A DNA stretch of 59,709 nucleotides, filler included, from Globobulimina sp. (lineage: Eukaryota), in the NCBI GenBank assembly GCA_003354225.1. It is 11 parts of 11 records of this genome, joined end to end, with 100 filler letters (N's around TTAATTAATTAA, not from the genome) between each part and the next. Parts side by side here need not be neighbours in the genome. Positions count along the whole stretch, not along the records: positions 10,896 to 16,240 come from PIVH01000620.1; positions 16,341 to 21,677 come from PIVH01000621.1; positions 21,778 to 27,114 come from PIVH01000622.1; 8 more parts are not named here. One strand, 5' to 3'. Position numbers and translations under genes: made by a program. Positions 12,045 through 24,700 of the stretch are shown one piece after another; position 1 is the stretch's first letter; each line of letters opens with the position of its first letter. The notes below the pieces were generated by a model, which ran no database searches, had not been told where the DNA came from, and worked only from the letters and a program-made list of their open reading frames with translations.

Positions 12045-13215
12045 TTATCTCCTCCACGAAAGTACATAATCGCCGCCGTTAGGTAGCCTTATTTCGCATT
12101 CATAGCCATCACTAAAACGCGAATATATATCAAATGAGATTTTCTTTGAGCGTACCACATGACATCCAAACCCAAATAACTTATCCAAATTCATCAGCAC
12201 GCCGTTAATGTCGTAATCCATCGACAGCCCTTTCACCACGGATTTAAAACATTGCTTTGCTACAAGGCACACAGCGTCCGTATGGGGATTCGACCTATAA
12301 ACCAACACATATTTCCCTTCGCGATCAAAGGTTTGCGTTCTTTGGTAATCTCCTTCCACTGACAACGCAAAGCTTGGTTTCAATCCAATATTTGCCACTG
12401 ATATGATATATATATAAACGACAAAAAAAACACATTTCAAACTGAACTGAGTCATCGACCATACCTAGGCAGACCGTGTCGGTGTCACTGAATAAGTCGT
12501 CGTAAAATTTACAAATCCTTTTGGCAATGTCGAAGTTGTCGCCTTTGCCCAATAAATGAGCCAACGAAATGGATTTAAACTCGTTCGCAGACATAATTGT
12601 ATCGGATTTGTCCCGTCCAAAAGTATTTTGATTTTTCTTTGTATTTTTCTTGTCAGGCTGCACATATTTGGATTGTGTGGATTGCTGCCGGTTATTTTTA
12701 AGCGGTTTTGGGAGTGATTTGGCTTTGGGAGTTATTTGCTGCCGGTTTTGGGAGTTATTTTTAAGCGGTTTCTTATTTTTTGGTGTGGCTTTTTTTGATT
12801 GTTTATTATTAGATTTATAACGAGATTTATTATTATTTGATTTCTTATTTTTTTTATTTTTCTTATTTTTATTATCCAAATTTGAGTATTTCGCGTTTCT
12901 TTGCTGCTTTTTTTTCGCTTGTGCTGCTCTTTTGAGTCGTAATTGTTTGAATGGTTCATATTCTGGCGGCACATCTAAAATATATAAAATTGCTTTCGGA
13001 ATTACAAAGACGCCCATTCCCACATTATAACATTCGAAATATTCCACTCCTTCATAGGTTCCACTATGTTTACCATCGCCTTTCCACAGCTCTACACCGT
13101 AAAATACACCTTTTTTACCATGGATTTCGCCGACATACTTAACCATTCCCAAGCGATGAGCAGATAATTCTACGTAATCACCCAAACGCACCTCTTCTTT
13201 ATCATCATCTGCCAT
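12045..13215 (-). CDS. CAP-Gly domain protein with basic linker and two C-terminal dynein-light-chain (LC8)-like repeats
   Basis: GMVKYVG..GVFYGVEL...GKHSGT..G..YFEC...GVFV is a CAP-Gly motif. Intron 12398-12464 joins the ORFs in frame (VCL|VANIG). Confidence 0.85.
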
Positions 13216-13272
13216 TACCTAAATAAGTACTAGTAATAAATAAAAAACCTTAGACTCTCAGATCGAGTAACA

Positions 13273-15093
13273 ATGGCAGCTTATGTGGAAACTGATGAAG
13301 GTGCAGCCACACAACAAGCAAATGGAGGCTCTGAAATCGTAAACTGGTTAAAAGCAGAGAATTTATCAAAATTAATCCCATTATTTAAAGAAGAAGAGAT
13401 GACATTGGATGAATTAATGGAATTCGCAGCGGACAAAAGCAATTTTGAACAATATTTAAAAGAATTAAAGATCCCAAAAGCCTCTATATTCAGAATATTA
13501 TCCAAAATCAAAAAAAGAAAACAAAGCACACAAAAAAAGCATAATTATAACCCTCCAAAAGCAGTGGTCGTAATCACTGAAAAAGAACAAAATGTGATGG
13601 AGAGTTTAAACAAACGGAACCGAAAAATAACTGCTTTAATCACAGAATTAGCAGAATGTGATGCAAAAATATCAGAAAATGAACAGGTTATAACATCAAA
13701 AATTAATCAAGAATATAATAATTTAATTCATTTAATTAGGGAGAGTCAAAAGAGTGTTTTAAACAAATTACGTGACATTTCTACAAAGAAAAAATTAAAT
13801 ATATCCGCAAAATCGCAACAATTACAACAACAACAAAATAATACAAAAAACGCCATTAAAAGTTGTAATGAATTGCTTTATGATGTTAATATTGATCGGA
13901 ATCAACGACAAAATAAAATATTTTCGATGGTTAATGCTGTTTTGACTGAGGTTATCCCACAAAATGTGGAGCAGTTTCCGACAGATATTATATTGGTATT
14001 TAATAAGGAGAGAATATCATCAGTTTAGTTTTTGTGCTTTATTTTGTTTACAATCGCGCATAATATAAAACAATATGTATTTTATGCAGTTTTTATCAGA
14101 TTTAATGGACGTTTATGGTGCACAGAGACATCCAGTTCCAGTCATTGATGATATTAAATGCGGCTCAATTGCAACGAAAGAATGTACAGTTAAGTTATTT
14201 GCATATTTTATAATGTTTAATATGTGGTAAATGATTTTTTGAAGGTTTGCTGGAATGCTGTTCTCAGTCAACAAGATTTGAAGAAAGAAATAAGAACAAC
14301 ATTATATATGAAAATTGAAAGTGTGAATGCGGAAATTGATGAGAAAGAGAGAGAACAATTGGATTCAGACTTGATTGATTTTAATAAAAATCAACAAAAT
14401 TATAAATACGAAATGAATGGTTTAAAGAAAGATACTTTGTATAAAATGGAGATTGTATTATTTGAAGGAAAAGAGAATGATAATAATAATAATATTAAAC
14501 AAAGAAAAGATGTCAAACCGTTTTTATTTAATTTTAAAACATTGACATATGATTTTTATGAGAAAACATTTGTTTATCAAACCGATTATGATAAGAATGG
14601 AATATGTTATTTTTTGGGGACAGCTTTTGGTCAACAACCAGTATGGCAAAATCCTGCAAAAACTGGCTTTATAACATTAAATTCATCCGAATGGAGTGGA
14701 GATATTAATTGTATGGTTGGTAGAACTGTTGCTATCCAAGTTTATGCACATCATCAACAGGATGCATGGGTGACAATTAATTTTGGAAACAAATTGAAAA
14801 TAAATCCAAATGCATATACATTAAAGCATTGTGACAATCATACAGGGCATTATTATTTAAGAAATTGGAAGTTTGAAGGAAGTAATGATGGATCAACTTG
14901 GTCCCTCATCAAACAACATACAAATGATACATCACTTTGTCAGAATTCACAATCATATACCTGGCGAATCGAAAATTGTAATGAATATTATCAGCAATTT
15001 AGAATTCAAGTGACTGGCAAAGATTCAAATGGTCATTATCATTTAATGGGTTCCAGATTTGAAGTATATGGTTTTTTGACTGGAAACAAATAA
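13273..15093 (+). CDS. SAM / coiled-coil / FN3-like / galactose-binding-like domain protein, 3 exons
   Basis: SAM-like WLKAENLSKLIPLFKEEEMTLDEL. Introns 14023-14089 and 14189-14244. The C-terminal FVYQTDYDKNGICYFLGT..WQNPA..AYTLKH..LRNWKFEGSNDG..W..FEVYG domain is of the type seen in HECTD1 and plant BTB proteins. Confidence 0.85.
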
Positions 15094-15283
15094 TTATTGT
15101 TACATTTGTTGATACAAACAAACCATAAGTAGTAATATTCGCTGTGCGTCTCATTGATAGCGACTGGAACTTTAGTTAAAAAACCGAGCTTTTTTAGATA
15201 AATGATACAAATTCTTGCATGGCACGGGATGGCGGAATAAAACAATAGGAATAAAACACGTAGGCATAAATGAATCAGACAAT

Positions 15284-16006
15284 TTACATTGGAATGAGTG
15301 TTAAACCATAAGCATCCGATATATCATTCAAAGCAAATCTTGTAATATCACAAACAATCCATACAATCAAAGTAATACAAGCACAAATCCATAAAACTGT
15401 AGCCAAACATCCAAATGATAATCCACTGCAAACCAAATGAAAACTGCCTTCCTCCGCACCACGTTCTGCCGAACTAAAACAACAAATAAATACAAATGGT
15501 CCAGTTATAATCAGTATAAATAATCCTAATTTTATTAGTCCAAATACATAATCGTCCACATAAAATCTATCAATTCCTATTTCACCCAAAAACAATGAAA
15601 ATAAAAAAGCTGTTGATTGTAATTTATTTGAATATCCATTGAGACCATGTGAGTGTGTACCATTATGTGATGAATCTGTATTTGTGTCGGTATCTGTATC
15701 GGTATCCATTGCCAATGCTGAATAATATGGTTTGTTTGTTTTATGTTTACGCCGCACATGATGTCGTTTTTTATGTTGTAGTGTATAATCATCGCCATCA
15801 TCAGAGCTTGAACATGGACATTCTGCTTCATTTGCATCACGACGATGGTTGCATGGACATGCTTGCTGACGATGTCCATTATTTAGAAATTGATTGTTTT
15901 TGATCAATTGTTGACGTCTAATCAATGCATTTTGTGTGGATTTGTATGAAAATACTCCATCAAATAAAATAAATAGGACAAGCATAAATGTCATCCATGC
16001 TGCCAT
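15284..16006 (-). CDS. TM2-domain membrane protein with signal peptide
   Basis: AFLFSLFLGEIGIDRFYVDDYVFGLIKL and a terminal VWIVCDI..F....DAYG..L are TM2 signatures; hydrophobic N-terminus MAAWMTFMLVLFIL. Confidence 0.88.
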   Translation of the reverse strand: MAAWMTFMLVLFILFDGVFSYKSTQNALIRRQQLIKNNQFLNNGHRQQACPCNHRRDANEAECPCSSSDDGDDYTLQHKKRHHVRRKHKTNKPYYSALAMDTDTDTDTNTDSSHNGTHSHGLNGYSNKLQSTAFLFSLFLGEIGIDRFYVDDYVFGLIKLGLFILIITGPFVFICCFSSAERGAEEGSFHLVCSGLSFGCLATVLWICACITLIVWIVCDITRFALNDISDAYGLTLIPM

Positions 16007-16048
16007 GTTTATTTTACGTAAAACAGTTTTTGAGTGTTTGCTCAATCA

Positions 16049-16240
16049 ATGCATTTCTCCGTCAACAACACCTCCAAAATAATGTCTTTTGTAACTCACC
16101 AACAAACCTCAAACCAGCAACACGAAGCAATTACAACTTCATCCTTGCACTCAAGCAATACTCCATCCACACAACCACCGCATTTATTAACTCCCTCCGC
16201 CTCCGCACCCATCGCAGAGATCAACAACGGTACCTGGTTA
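16049..16240 (+). CDS. 5' fragment of an unknown Ser/Thr/Pro-rich protein
   Basis: ATG-initiated frame open to the contig end; no recognisable domain. Confidence 0.4.
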
Positions 16241-16549
16241 NNNNNNNNNNNNNNNNNNNNNNNNNNNNNNNNNNNNNNNNNNNNTTAATTAATTAANNNN
16301 NNNNNNNNNNNNNNNNNNNNNNNNNNNNNNNNNNNNNNNNAATTGATATCCTGTGCTAATAATTCTTTGTCTTTCATTAATAGTTAGATTTACCATTCTC
16401 AAATTATAAAACTACAGAAATAGGACTTAGAAAAAAACATTTAGGACTCTGCCCGATTGATAGGATCATATCTCAATAAACTGTTTGATAACCCCTACAA
16501 TATGAGCTATATCGCAATATATAAAAGTTATTACTCGCGGAGAACCAGC

Positions 16550-16969
16550 TCAATACATTATGTAAAGGCAATTCTTGCCCCGTATGGTATCAATGTACGC
16601 ATCATCTTCCTCTGTCGGAGTCGGAGAAGCATAATCTTGCTCCATTGGATTATAAAATCCATATTGGTTTGGTATAACATCAATGTTCATCTGATACTCA
16701 TTACTTAGTGGCACAGCCGGAATGGACACAGTCGACGCTTCTGATGCGGTGTATATTAATTCTGAGGACGGATACGAACTACATATATCCTCTGCTTCTT
16801 CTTCTTCTTCGTCTTCTTCTTCTTGACAATCTTCATCTGATTCATCATCACTTTCAAGATCAAAATAAGGCTGACTGGAACTACCGGATTCAGACCGCTC
16901 ATCTTCGGATTCGTCACGTGACGACTCACTGTCAATAGACATTGATTCCTGTTTTAATATTTTTATCAT
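16550..16969 (-). CDS. Acidic low-complexity ORF (possible exon of a truncated gene)
   Basis: 139-aa Asp/Glu/Ser-rich ORF, GC higher than its flanks; no domain recognised. Confidence 0.35.
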   Translation of the reverse strand: MIKILKQESMSIDSESSRDESEDERSESGSSSQPYFDLESDDESDEDCQEEEDEEEEEAEDICSSYPSSELIYTASEASTVSIPAVPLSNEYQMNIDVIPNQYGFYNPMEQDYASPTPTEEDDAYIDTIRGKNCLYIMY

Positions 16970-17322
16970 GGGTCAAACAAAAAGGATATACATGATACAT
17001 CGGTGCGTGTTATACCTCAGCAATTATCTCCTGCATGATATTGGGTTTGATTTACGCAAGTTTTAGTGAAAAAGCATTGTGGTTTTCTTGTTCGTACATT
17101 ATCTTCCAGTTATATTTGAGTTATCTCGATAGCATTCAGCAACGCATCAAAAACAAGTATCATGTGCTAAATTGGTTTGATTATTGGAAAAAATTGAAAC
17201 TATATTATAAAAAATCTTAACCAATAAAAATATATGGAGACTCTGGTGACACCAACACAAATAAAAAAAAGAAAAATTCGGTGACAGATCTCAAATGAAT
17301 ATAAAAATACAAATACTGAATA

Positions 17323-20300
17323 TTAATTTATATCTATTAATTGCTTAAACATCCCGGCGAGGGAATTTATGGTATCAAACGAGATACCATTGGTGTAATT
17401 GAAGGATTTATATTTAGCATATTGCACCGAATTGTAATCTGTTGTTATATAATTAGAGTTATTCGGATGCATTCTTCCTATCTCTGCCAATCTGTCAGCA
17501 ACATTATTAAATGGTTGTTGTTTGGGTGTGGTATGTGATTTTACCTTCCATAGAATAGTCTCACTTTCTTTTTAGGTATTTTTGTGTGTTTATGAACAGA
17601 TTTGAGTGCGCCAATTTATTTATGTTTCATGGTGTGGTTATTAATGGAACAAAATTGTATAATGAATCAGTAAATATTATTCTTCTTCGATTATTGGTGT
17701 TGATTTTGCATAAATTTATTAGAAATTGCGATTTATATATGGCATATAATTCGCCAAAGTGGTTAGTTTGGCCTCCAATGGGCTGTGCAAAGCAATGAAT
17801 GGTATTGCAATCCTTAATAAATATTCCAATTCCTATGGTGTTTGTGCCGGGATCATGCGATGAATCAGTGGCTATTATCAGGTCATTTGGTTTCAAACGA
17901 TTTTTGTTATCATGCCATTCATTAATATTACGGTTACGGGTATGGTATAGGGGCATTTTGCATGGCATCGTTGTGTGTCTGTTTCTCATGCTTTTTAAGT
18001 TCATTTTATTATGGTTTAACAGGTGAATATTATGCAGCCATCGGTGAGTTTGTGAAATTAGTTGTCGATATAAAGTGTATTTATTGATATTTATATTAAT
18101 TGGTCGATGTTTATATATAAATTGATTGGAATCAGTGTCATAGAGATTGGCTCCACAGAGTATTCTCCAGAATTGGAGCCTATGGACATTAACGTTGCGA
18201 CATAATTCAATGAGTCGTTGCATGTACAATTGATTGTGGATTCGATTAATGGCAGCGCCACTTTTGGCAAATGTAAAACTGGCATGGTACCAGTATTCCT
18301 GACGCAGCGCATCCAGCATTGGACAAAGAGCCGCTAAGTGTAGTTCTAAAGGTTTGTCAATATCATTGTGACATAGATTACAATATGGAGTTTGCTGATT
18401 GAAATTGTAAAATAATTCGCGATATGTAGTGATCATTGGTTGTTTTATGTAATCATCCAATTCATGCTTCTCATACATGTTCATCGGTTTATAATCGCTG
18501 GTGCAGTGGTTTAGCACCTTCAGTGGATGATATTTATTTAATTTGTTAATTATGTGTTGGTGCTGTGCTTTTATTATAATTGGACGTAGTTCATGTGGCT
18601 CTGCAACAGTGTCAAAGGGGTCCACCATCAGTACATCATTCTGGACCACCCGGCTTATTGTTGGTAGCCAGTCTCTTTTTAATTCTGTGTATTGCTTATA
18701 CAATTTGTGATGGTTTATATGTGGGAGATGGGCCCATTTGTGCATCAGGGAAACATTTGGAAGGTGCAGTAGTTCGTGGATCATATCATTTAGACTAATT
18801 TTAAGGATCATCTGCATAGAAAATGCACGCTATTTTATTATTATTATCTGGTGAAAAGGCTCCATTGTCAGACGCCTGGAGTTCGTGGATCATATCATTT
18901 AGGAACGCTGCGTAAAGGACAGGTGACAGTACCGAGCCTTGTAAGACTCCATTATGCAATACAAATTTATTGGAAACAAAGGGTATATCACGGATTGCCG
19001 CATGCGAGTTGTTGTAGATTGCTTTAATTATTTTGCAAATATTTAGTGGGATATTAAAATCAGTATGTAATTTATAAATGATACCCTTCCTCCAAACCGT
19101 GTCAAACGCTTTTCGTATATCTAAAAGTGCACAGTAAAGGGGAATGTTTCTCATTTTCGCAGTTTCGGCAATAAGGTGTAATGCACCAATCTGTTCCGGG
19201 ACACCTCTTTTAGAGCGATTTCCTCCTTGTAATATATGTAGGTTTGCTCTAAATTTATGTTGAATACACATTTCCCACAGTATTAGACGTTCGTACGTCT
19301 TAAATATTATTGGTAGGAGTGTTATCGGGCGATATTGGTTTGGCGTGTTCCCGTTCGGTGTCTTTAGAATCGGGATGATTGTACCAAGTCGGAAGTAGTA
19401 GGGAATGAAGAAAGTGTTATTCCAGACATTAAATAATGTGCAAAGTATCTCATTTATGGGGCCTGGGTTAGTTTTAAGATGAACTGTTTTTATGCCATCA
19501 TATCCCGGGGCACTGTTAGGATTCGCCTGCTTTACCGCCAGCTCAATCGATTTGAATTTGCTTATTTTGGGGTCAATTCTCGTGTCACATTCCATTTTTT
19601 CGTCATTTTCTTGATCTATGCTACGGTCCGGGAGATAGCCTGGCGTTTGGCGTTGAATATCAACAATGACATCATTATCATCGTCAGAATCGCTTTCTTT
19701 ATCATGTTCTAAGTCATACAGTTGGTTCATTATTGGCTGCGTTGGTGGAAGATAGTTGGGGTCAAAGTGCGGCGTAAGTACCTCTTCATCGCCGTCTTCC
19801 TCATCCGATATTTGGTAGTTTTCACATATTATTTCAAGCGGTGGCGGTATGCCAATAGTTGCCGTGTCATCCTCCTTTGGCGGTTTATTCGGGATAAAAT
19901 TCAAGTCATTGGCTATGTGCGTTTTTAGGTCATCCTGGAACTGATTTATGCTGTCAATTTTGTGATTATTTACAGGGTCATCCATTTTGCCACAGATCGA
20001 CCCAAAGAATTCCTGCAATGCTGTGTTTTTGTCCATTATTTGATTTTTGTAGTTTAGAAAAGGTTCGTCGACTATGTAATCCATATTTTTATTATAGAAT
20101 TTAAACGTTTTTAGTTTATTGGAATGGTTCAAGTCATTGAAACGTATGGTATTCTGAGTCAATCTATTTTGTTTATTTAGCACGGATTCATTCTCTGCCT
20201 CATTTATTAGAGCACGCATTTCATTGTCGTTTGCATTGGAATTAAGAAAAAGGCGCTGTTTGATATTCAGGGAGATTTGTTTTGAAGTCATTTGGGTCCA

Positions 20301-21371
20301 ATTATTTGCCGAATCATAGTCGGCGATCCCAAACGCTTTTATTGTCGCCAGGTGTATTATATAAATGGCAGTGATTGAGGTGATGTTCGATATATACTCT
20401 CTTTCTGCTTTATTTCGATGTGTTTTTGTGTTCGCGGCAAATTTCGCGAGGTGCCGCGATCTTTTTTGCAAGATATTATAATGCGTTTTCAACAGCTCAT
20501 GATTGGGCTCATAATGCCGCAAAACAAAGTGCTTATCAACTATGTCAGTTTGGATATTAACACCGTTTAATGTGAAAATCACCGGTCTATGATCCATAAA
20601 AACAGGATGCGTATCAATTCGAAGTGATTTTATTGAATTCAGGTTATTTGTGATGACATAATCTATTATGGATCCGCCGGTATTATGAGCGCCCTTCGCA
20701 AGGCACGTGAGAAATTTTGGAGCAAATTGGGGGTTAGCAATTTTCAGATTTGTGGTATCAAGCAGCTGCTTCATATAACGGTAATGCGAATTTGTTGCCG
20801 TGTCCATGGTCATGGCGCCCATACGGGCATTAAAATCACCAATCACATACATATTATCACATTCATTTTTATATTGTTCAATGTCATCCGTTAGTTTTTG
20901 ATAAAAGTCAGCACTTCGTTTGGATAGTTTTGGTTTATATGTGCGAGTGTAATTTATTGCTATGTAGGCCGGTTTGTTCTGTGCAGTGCTATGGACTGCA
21001 ATCCATGCCGTATTATGTCCTCTCGTTTTTTTTATTAGATCTATTTTATTCTTCAAATTTATTTTATGATAAATTAAGACACCACCGACATTTTTGGGGT
21101 TATTTGTGGTGACCGGCGATTTGTGAACAAGTAATTTGTATCCAGGCAAGCTCCAATTCGGTCTGCTGACCCTTCGCGTATCGATTAATAGAATGATGTC
21201 TAACTTATGGTGGATCACTAATTGCTGCATATATGGGTGCATTTGATTGATTTTAGTCTTAGCCTTACCATTGATATTAAGAAACCCAATGGTTAGGTCT
21301 TTTATTTTTATCTTGGTGGTGGTGAATGGTTCAATGTTGGGGTCATAGGATAGTATTAGTATAGGATAGTA
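17323..21371 (-). mobile_element. Decayed non-LTR retrotransposon (LINE): APE endonuclease - reverse transcriptase - CCHC - RNase H
   Basis: APE motifs TIGFLNING, IGDFNA, SIIDY, DHRPV. RT motifs APGYDG, YRPITLL, LDIRKAFDTV, GVLQGSVLSP, YADD. CCHC motif CNLC..H....C. RNase H motifs ATDSS, GELYAI, FTDS, WKVKSH, NNVADRLA. Broken by a frameshift/deletion after YADD (~18800), a TGA at 17627-17629 and a frameshift near 17570. Confidence 0.93.
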
Positions 21372-21777
21372 TTATTGATTAGTTGAGGAAGTTTTTTTTA
21401 GGGGTTTAAAAACTGCTAAATTAAAGGAAATCACATGACATCACTCACAATCACTTTTGTCCCACATGAAACGAAATGAAATTAATGAAAAGCCAACCAA
21501 CAAGGAAGCGTTTATCCATTTATTAATTCCAACCAATTCATTGTACAGATTGTTTATGTAATGAATGAATGGACATGTACATATTCTTGAGATTGTTGCT
21601 ATGATTTAATAATATTGGTGGTATTGCATGGTATATCAGTTTGTAAATAATAAAGAATAATGATCCAAGAATGTGTTNNNNNNNNNNNNNNNNNNNNNNN
21701 NNNNNNNNNNNNNNNNNNNNNTTAATTAATTAANNNNNNNNNNNNNNNNNNNNNNNNNNNNNNNNNNNNNNNNNNNN

Positions 21778-24700
21778 CAAAATTGGGAATAATGATACAA
21801 AAATAAATATATTTATATTCTGATGGTTGTAACTTAATTTTAATATTATTGATTGGAGACAAACCATGAAATATAAAAAAGATATAATTAATAAGCACAG
21901 CACCGCATAAATAGCAGTTTGTTTGAACTTCAATCCAGATTTGTTACAACATGTACAATATGGGTATAAATAATAGAAAATATGCAAACACAAAATGCCG
22001 TATAATGTAGCAAATGTCCAATTGACTGAGCTCCACGTTTCTAATTTTAACAAATCTGCAATCAAACAATTATCCGACGAGTCTGAGTGGATATTGTGAA
22101 TGGTAGCAAATGTAGTTAAATGAGAACAGCTGCATTGGACGTTATCACTGCTGCCCATTGTTAAACATCCATCGTTTTGCCAGTCATTATTTTCTGCATT
22201 GTACCAAACACATTCATATGATGTACAATCATTGATATTGCACACAAATGTAAAATTTGTTCCATTTGCTAACACTGTTATTGACACAGAAGCGTCTGAT
22301 AACACACCTTTGTCCTTTGCGTTGCACTCAACGTCAGCGGTGCTGTTCGTATCTATCAATAATACGGTTACATTTTTACTATTTGAATTGGATGAATTTA
22401 TCACAGAGATTAATATATCAACAGAATTAAAGATATCATCATTGTTGTTTTCAGGGTTTGTAATGTCATTTGGAATATATATATTCACATCTTTTATGGA
22501 GATATTTATATCATGGCTGTGATCGGAAACTCTTGTGTTGTAAATTGAAAACGAATTTAATTCAATGAAGGTTTGTTCGCCGGGAATTGATGTTGAGATG
22601 GATGACAATGATGATATATATAATGCAGCTGACAATAAATTATAAATATTGTTCGAATAATCAGTAAATGACGAATTGAGCGCTGGAGATAAATAATTAA
22701 GAATTCCAAACAGTTCCGAAGCGAATGAATATAATAAATGATGATATTTTGGGTTAACGCTAATTGTCGATAAATATGAGGTGATATCAGCTGAGTTATA
22801 ATATATTTTTATAATATTTGTGACAATGGAATCGGTGGAAATTGTTAATTGTTCAATATTTGAATATGTGATATTGTTTGTTATAAAAAAGCATGGATCG
22901 AGCACTGCATTTATTAAATAATATATTTGCAAAATATGATTGTTTTGTATTTCCTGTGCGATTTGTATCCATAATGTTAATATTGAAGCTAACAATATTT
23001 CAAAATCAGTATAACACAAATCATTAATATTTGTCTGTAATACATTCAAAATCGATTTTAATCCATATTCTATGCATATATCATTCTCATTTTTAGATTG
23101 CAATAATTGTAAATACTGCAAATATATTAATGACTGCTGCAAAATATATGAATATTTATCTCGTTCACTGGTTATTATTAAATTTGTTTCATTTACAATC
23201 ATTTCTTCAAAGTTATCCATACAAATAGTGTCAGATTGTAGTTTGACAGCACATGAAATGGACTCTGTTATCATTGAAGAATGAGAATCATAAACATTTA
23301 CAGATAATGTTACATTACCAACTGATAAATATATGTTATCAATGAATGGGTGAGATAATAGTAGTGGATGAAAGTAGTAATTATTATGATTCTGATTCAC
23401 ATAAAATTCATACAATAGAGGAGTATAAGCACTCTCTGCATTTACTGATAATGAATATGTTGAAGATAACAAATGTTTAATTGATGGAAATATAATCGAT
23501 CCATTATCGCAAGCTGGGCTTAATTGAAACGAATCTGTTGCAACTTTTGGTATATTCAATACATAAATTGATATTGGTGATGATGTCCCAAATGCGAGCA
23601 ATGTTGAATTCATATCATAATAAAACACTGCCAATTGAAATAAATACGTTTTACCTGATATCAATGGCAAACAATTTTGTTCTAACACTAAATTTAATGA
23701 AATATCATCTGACGTTTTACATTCAATCAATTGTTCACTTGTTAATAAATCATTTATTTCCGTCCATTCATGAGCAATATTATAAATACGTTCATCTGTT
23801 GTATCATAACCGCTTACTTTTGCAATGAATCTTATTTTTTCATTGATATTTATTTCATATTTAAGCGCTGTAACAGATATAATTAAAATTGACGGCGATG
23901 GTTTAGTAATATTCGCATTTGAAATTGTATGAAAACTAAATTTTATTTCATCTTTGCATGAGCTACGAAATGCATTGTTTATATCAGATACATTCAGAAC
24001 AAATTCAAATGAATAAAACGTTGAATAATTTAAATTTGAATAAAAAAGGGCAGCTACCACTGATTGTGAGGTTGAATCGACAAATAAATAGTTGCAATCT
24101 GTTCCATTCAATGTATAACATTGCCAGTTAAATGCTAGATGCTTTATTGTAGATATTTTATCAGGATCATAACTCAATGTTTTCCCATCTAATTCTAAAT
24201 GATATGGATGCAATAAAAAGAAATTTGTATTAATTTGTGTATTTAATATAATATCACCACCGACAATTTTACAAATAACATCAGAATATAAGGATTTTAT
24301 AGAATGGGTTGTATTAATATTATAATCACCATATTTATGCTTTATATTTATTGTAAAAGTGTATATTATACCGCTCTGAAAATACACTGATGGTTCAATA
24401 GTAACCATATCCTCGTGTTTTGATGATAAAAACGTTTTTAATAATCCAAATACGACATCATCGATAATAACATTATTATCCAATACTATTATATCCACAA
24501 ACCATTTTATTTCATAATTTATATTTCTTATACTGACAACACACGTTGTATCAAATATAATTGATGCATAAATGTTAATTTTACCATTTAATTGGTTATT
24601 TGTTGATGAATATTCATGAATACCATAGAGATACACCATTGGTATTAATTTATGAGAGATTTGAATGGTAAATTGTTCAAATGACCATACTTGATACCAA

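Noticed and set aside
17627-17629. In-frame TGA in RNase H (and TAA at 27664-27666) as evidence of stop-codon reassignment
   Set aside because: The LINE has other lesions, and intact genes end at TAA, TAG and TGA while long ORFs lack internal stops, so the standard code fits.
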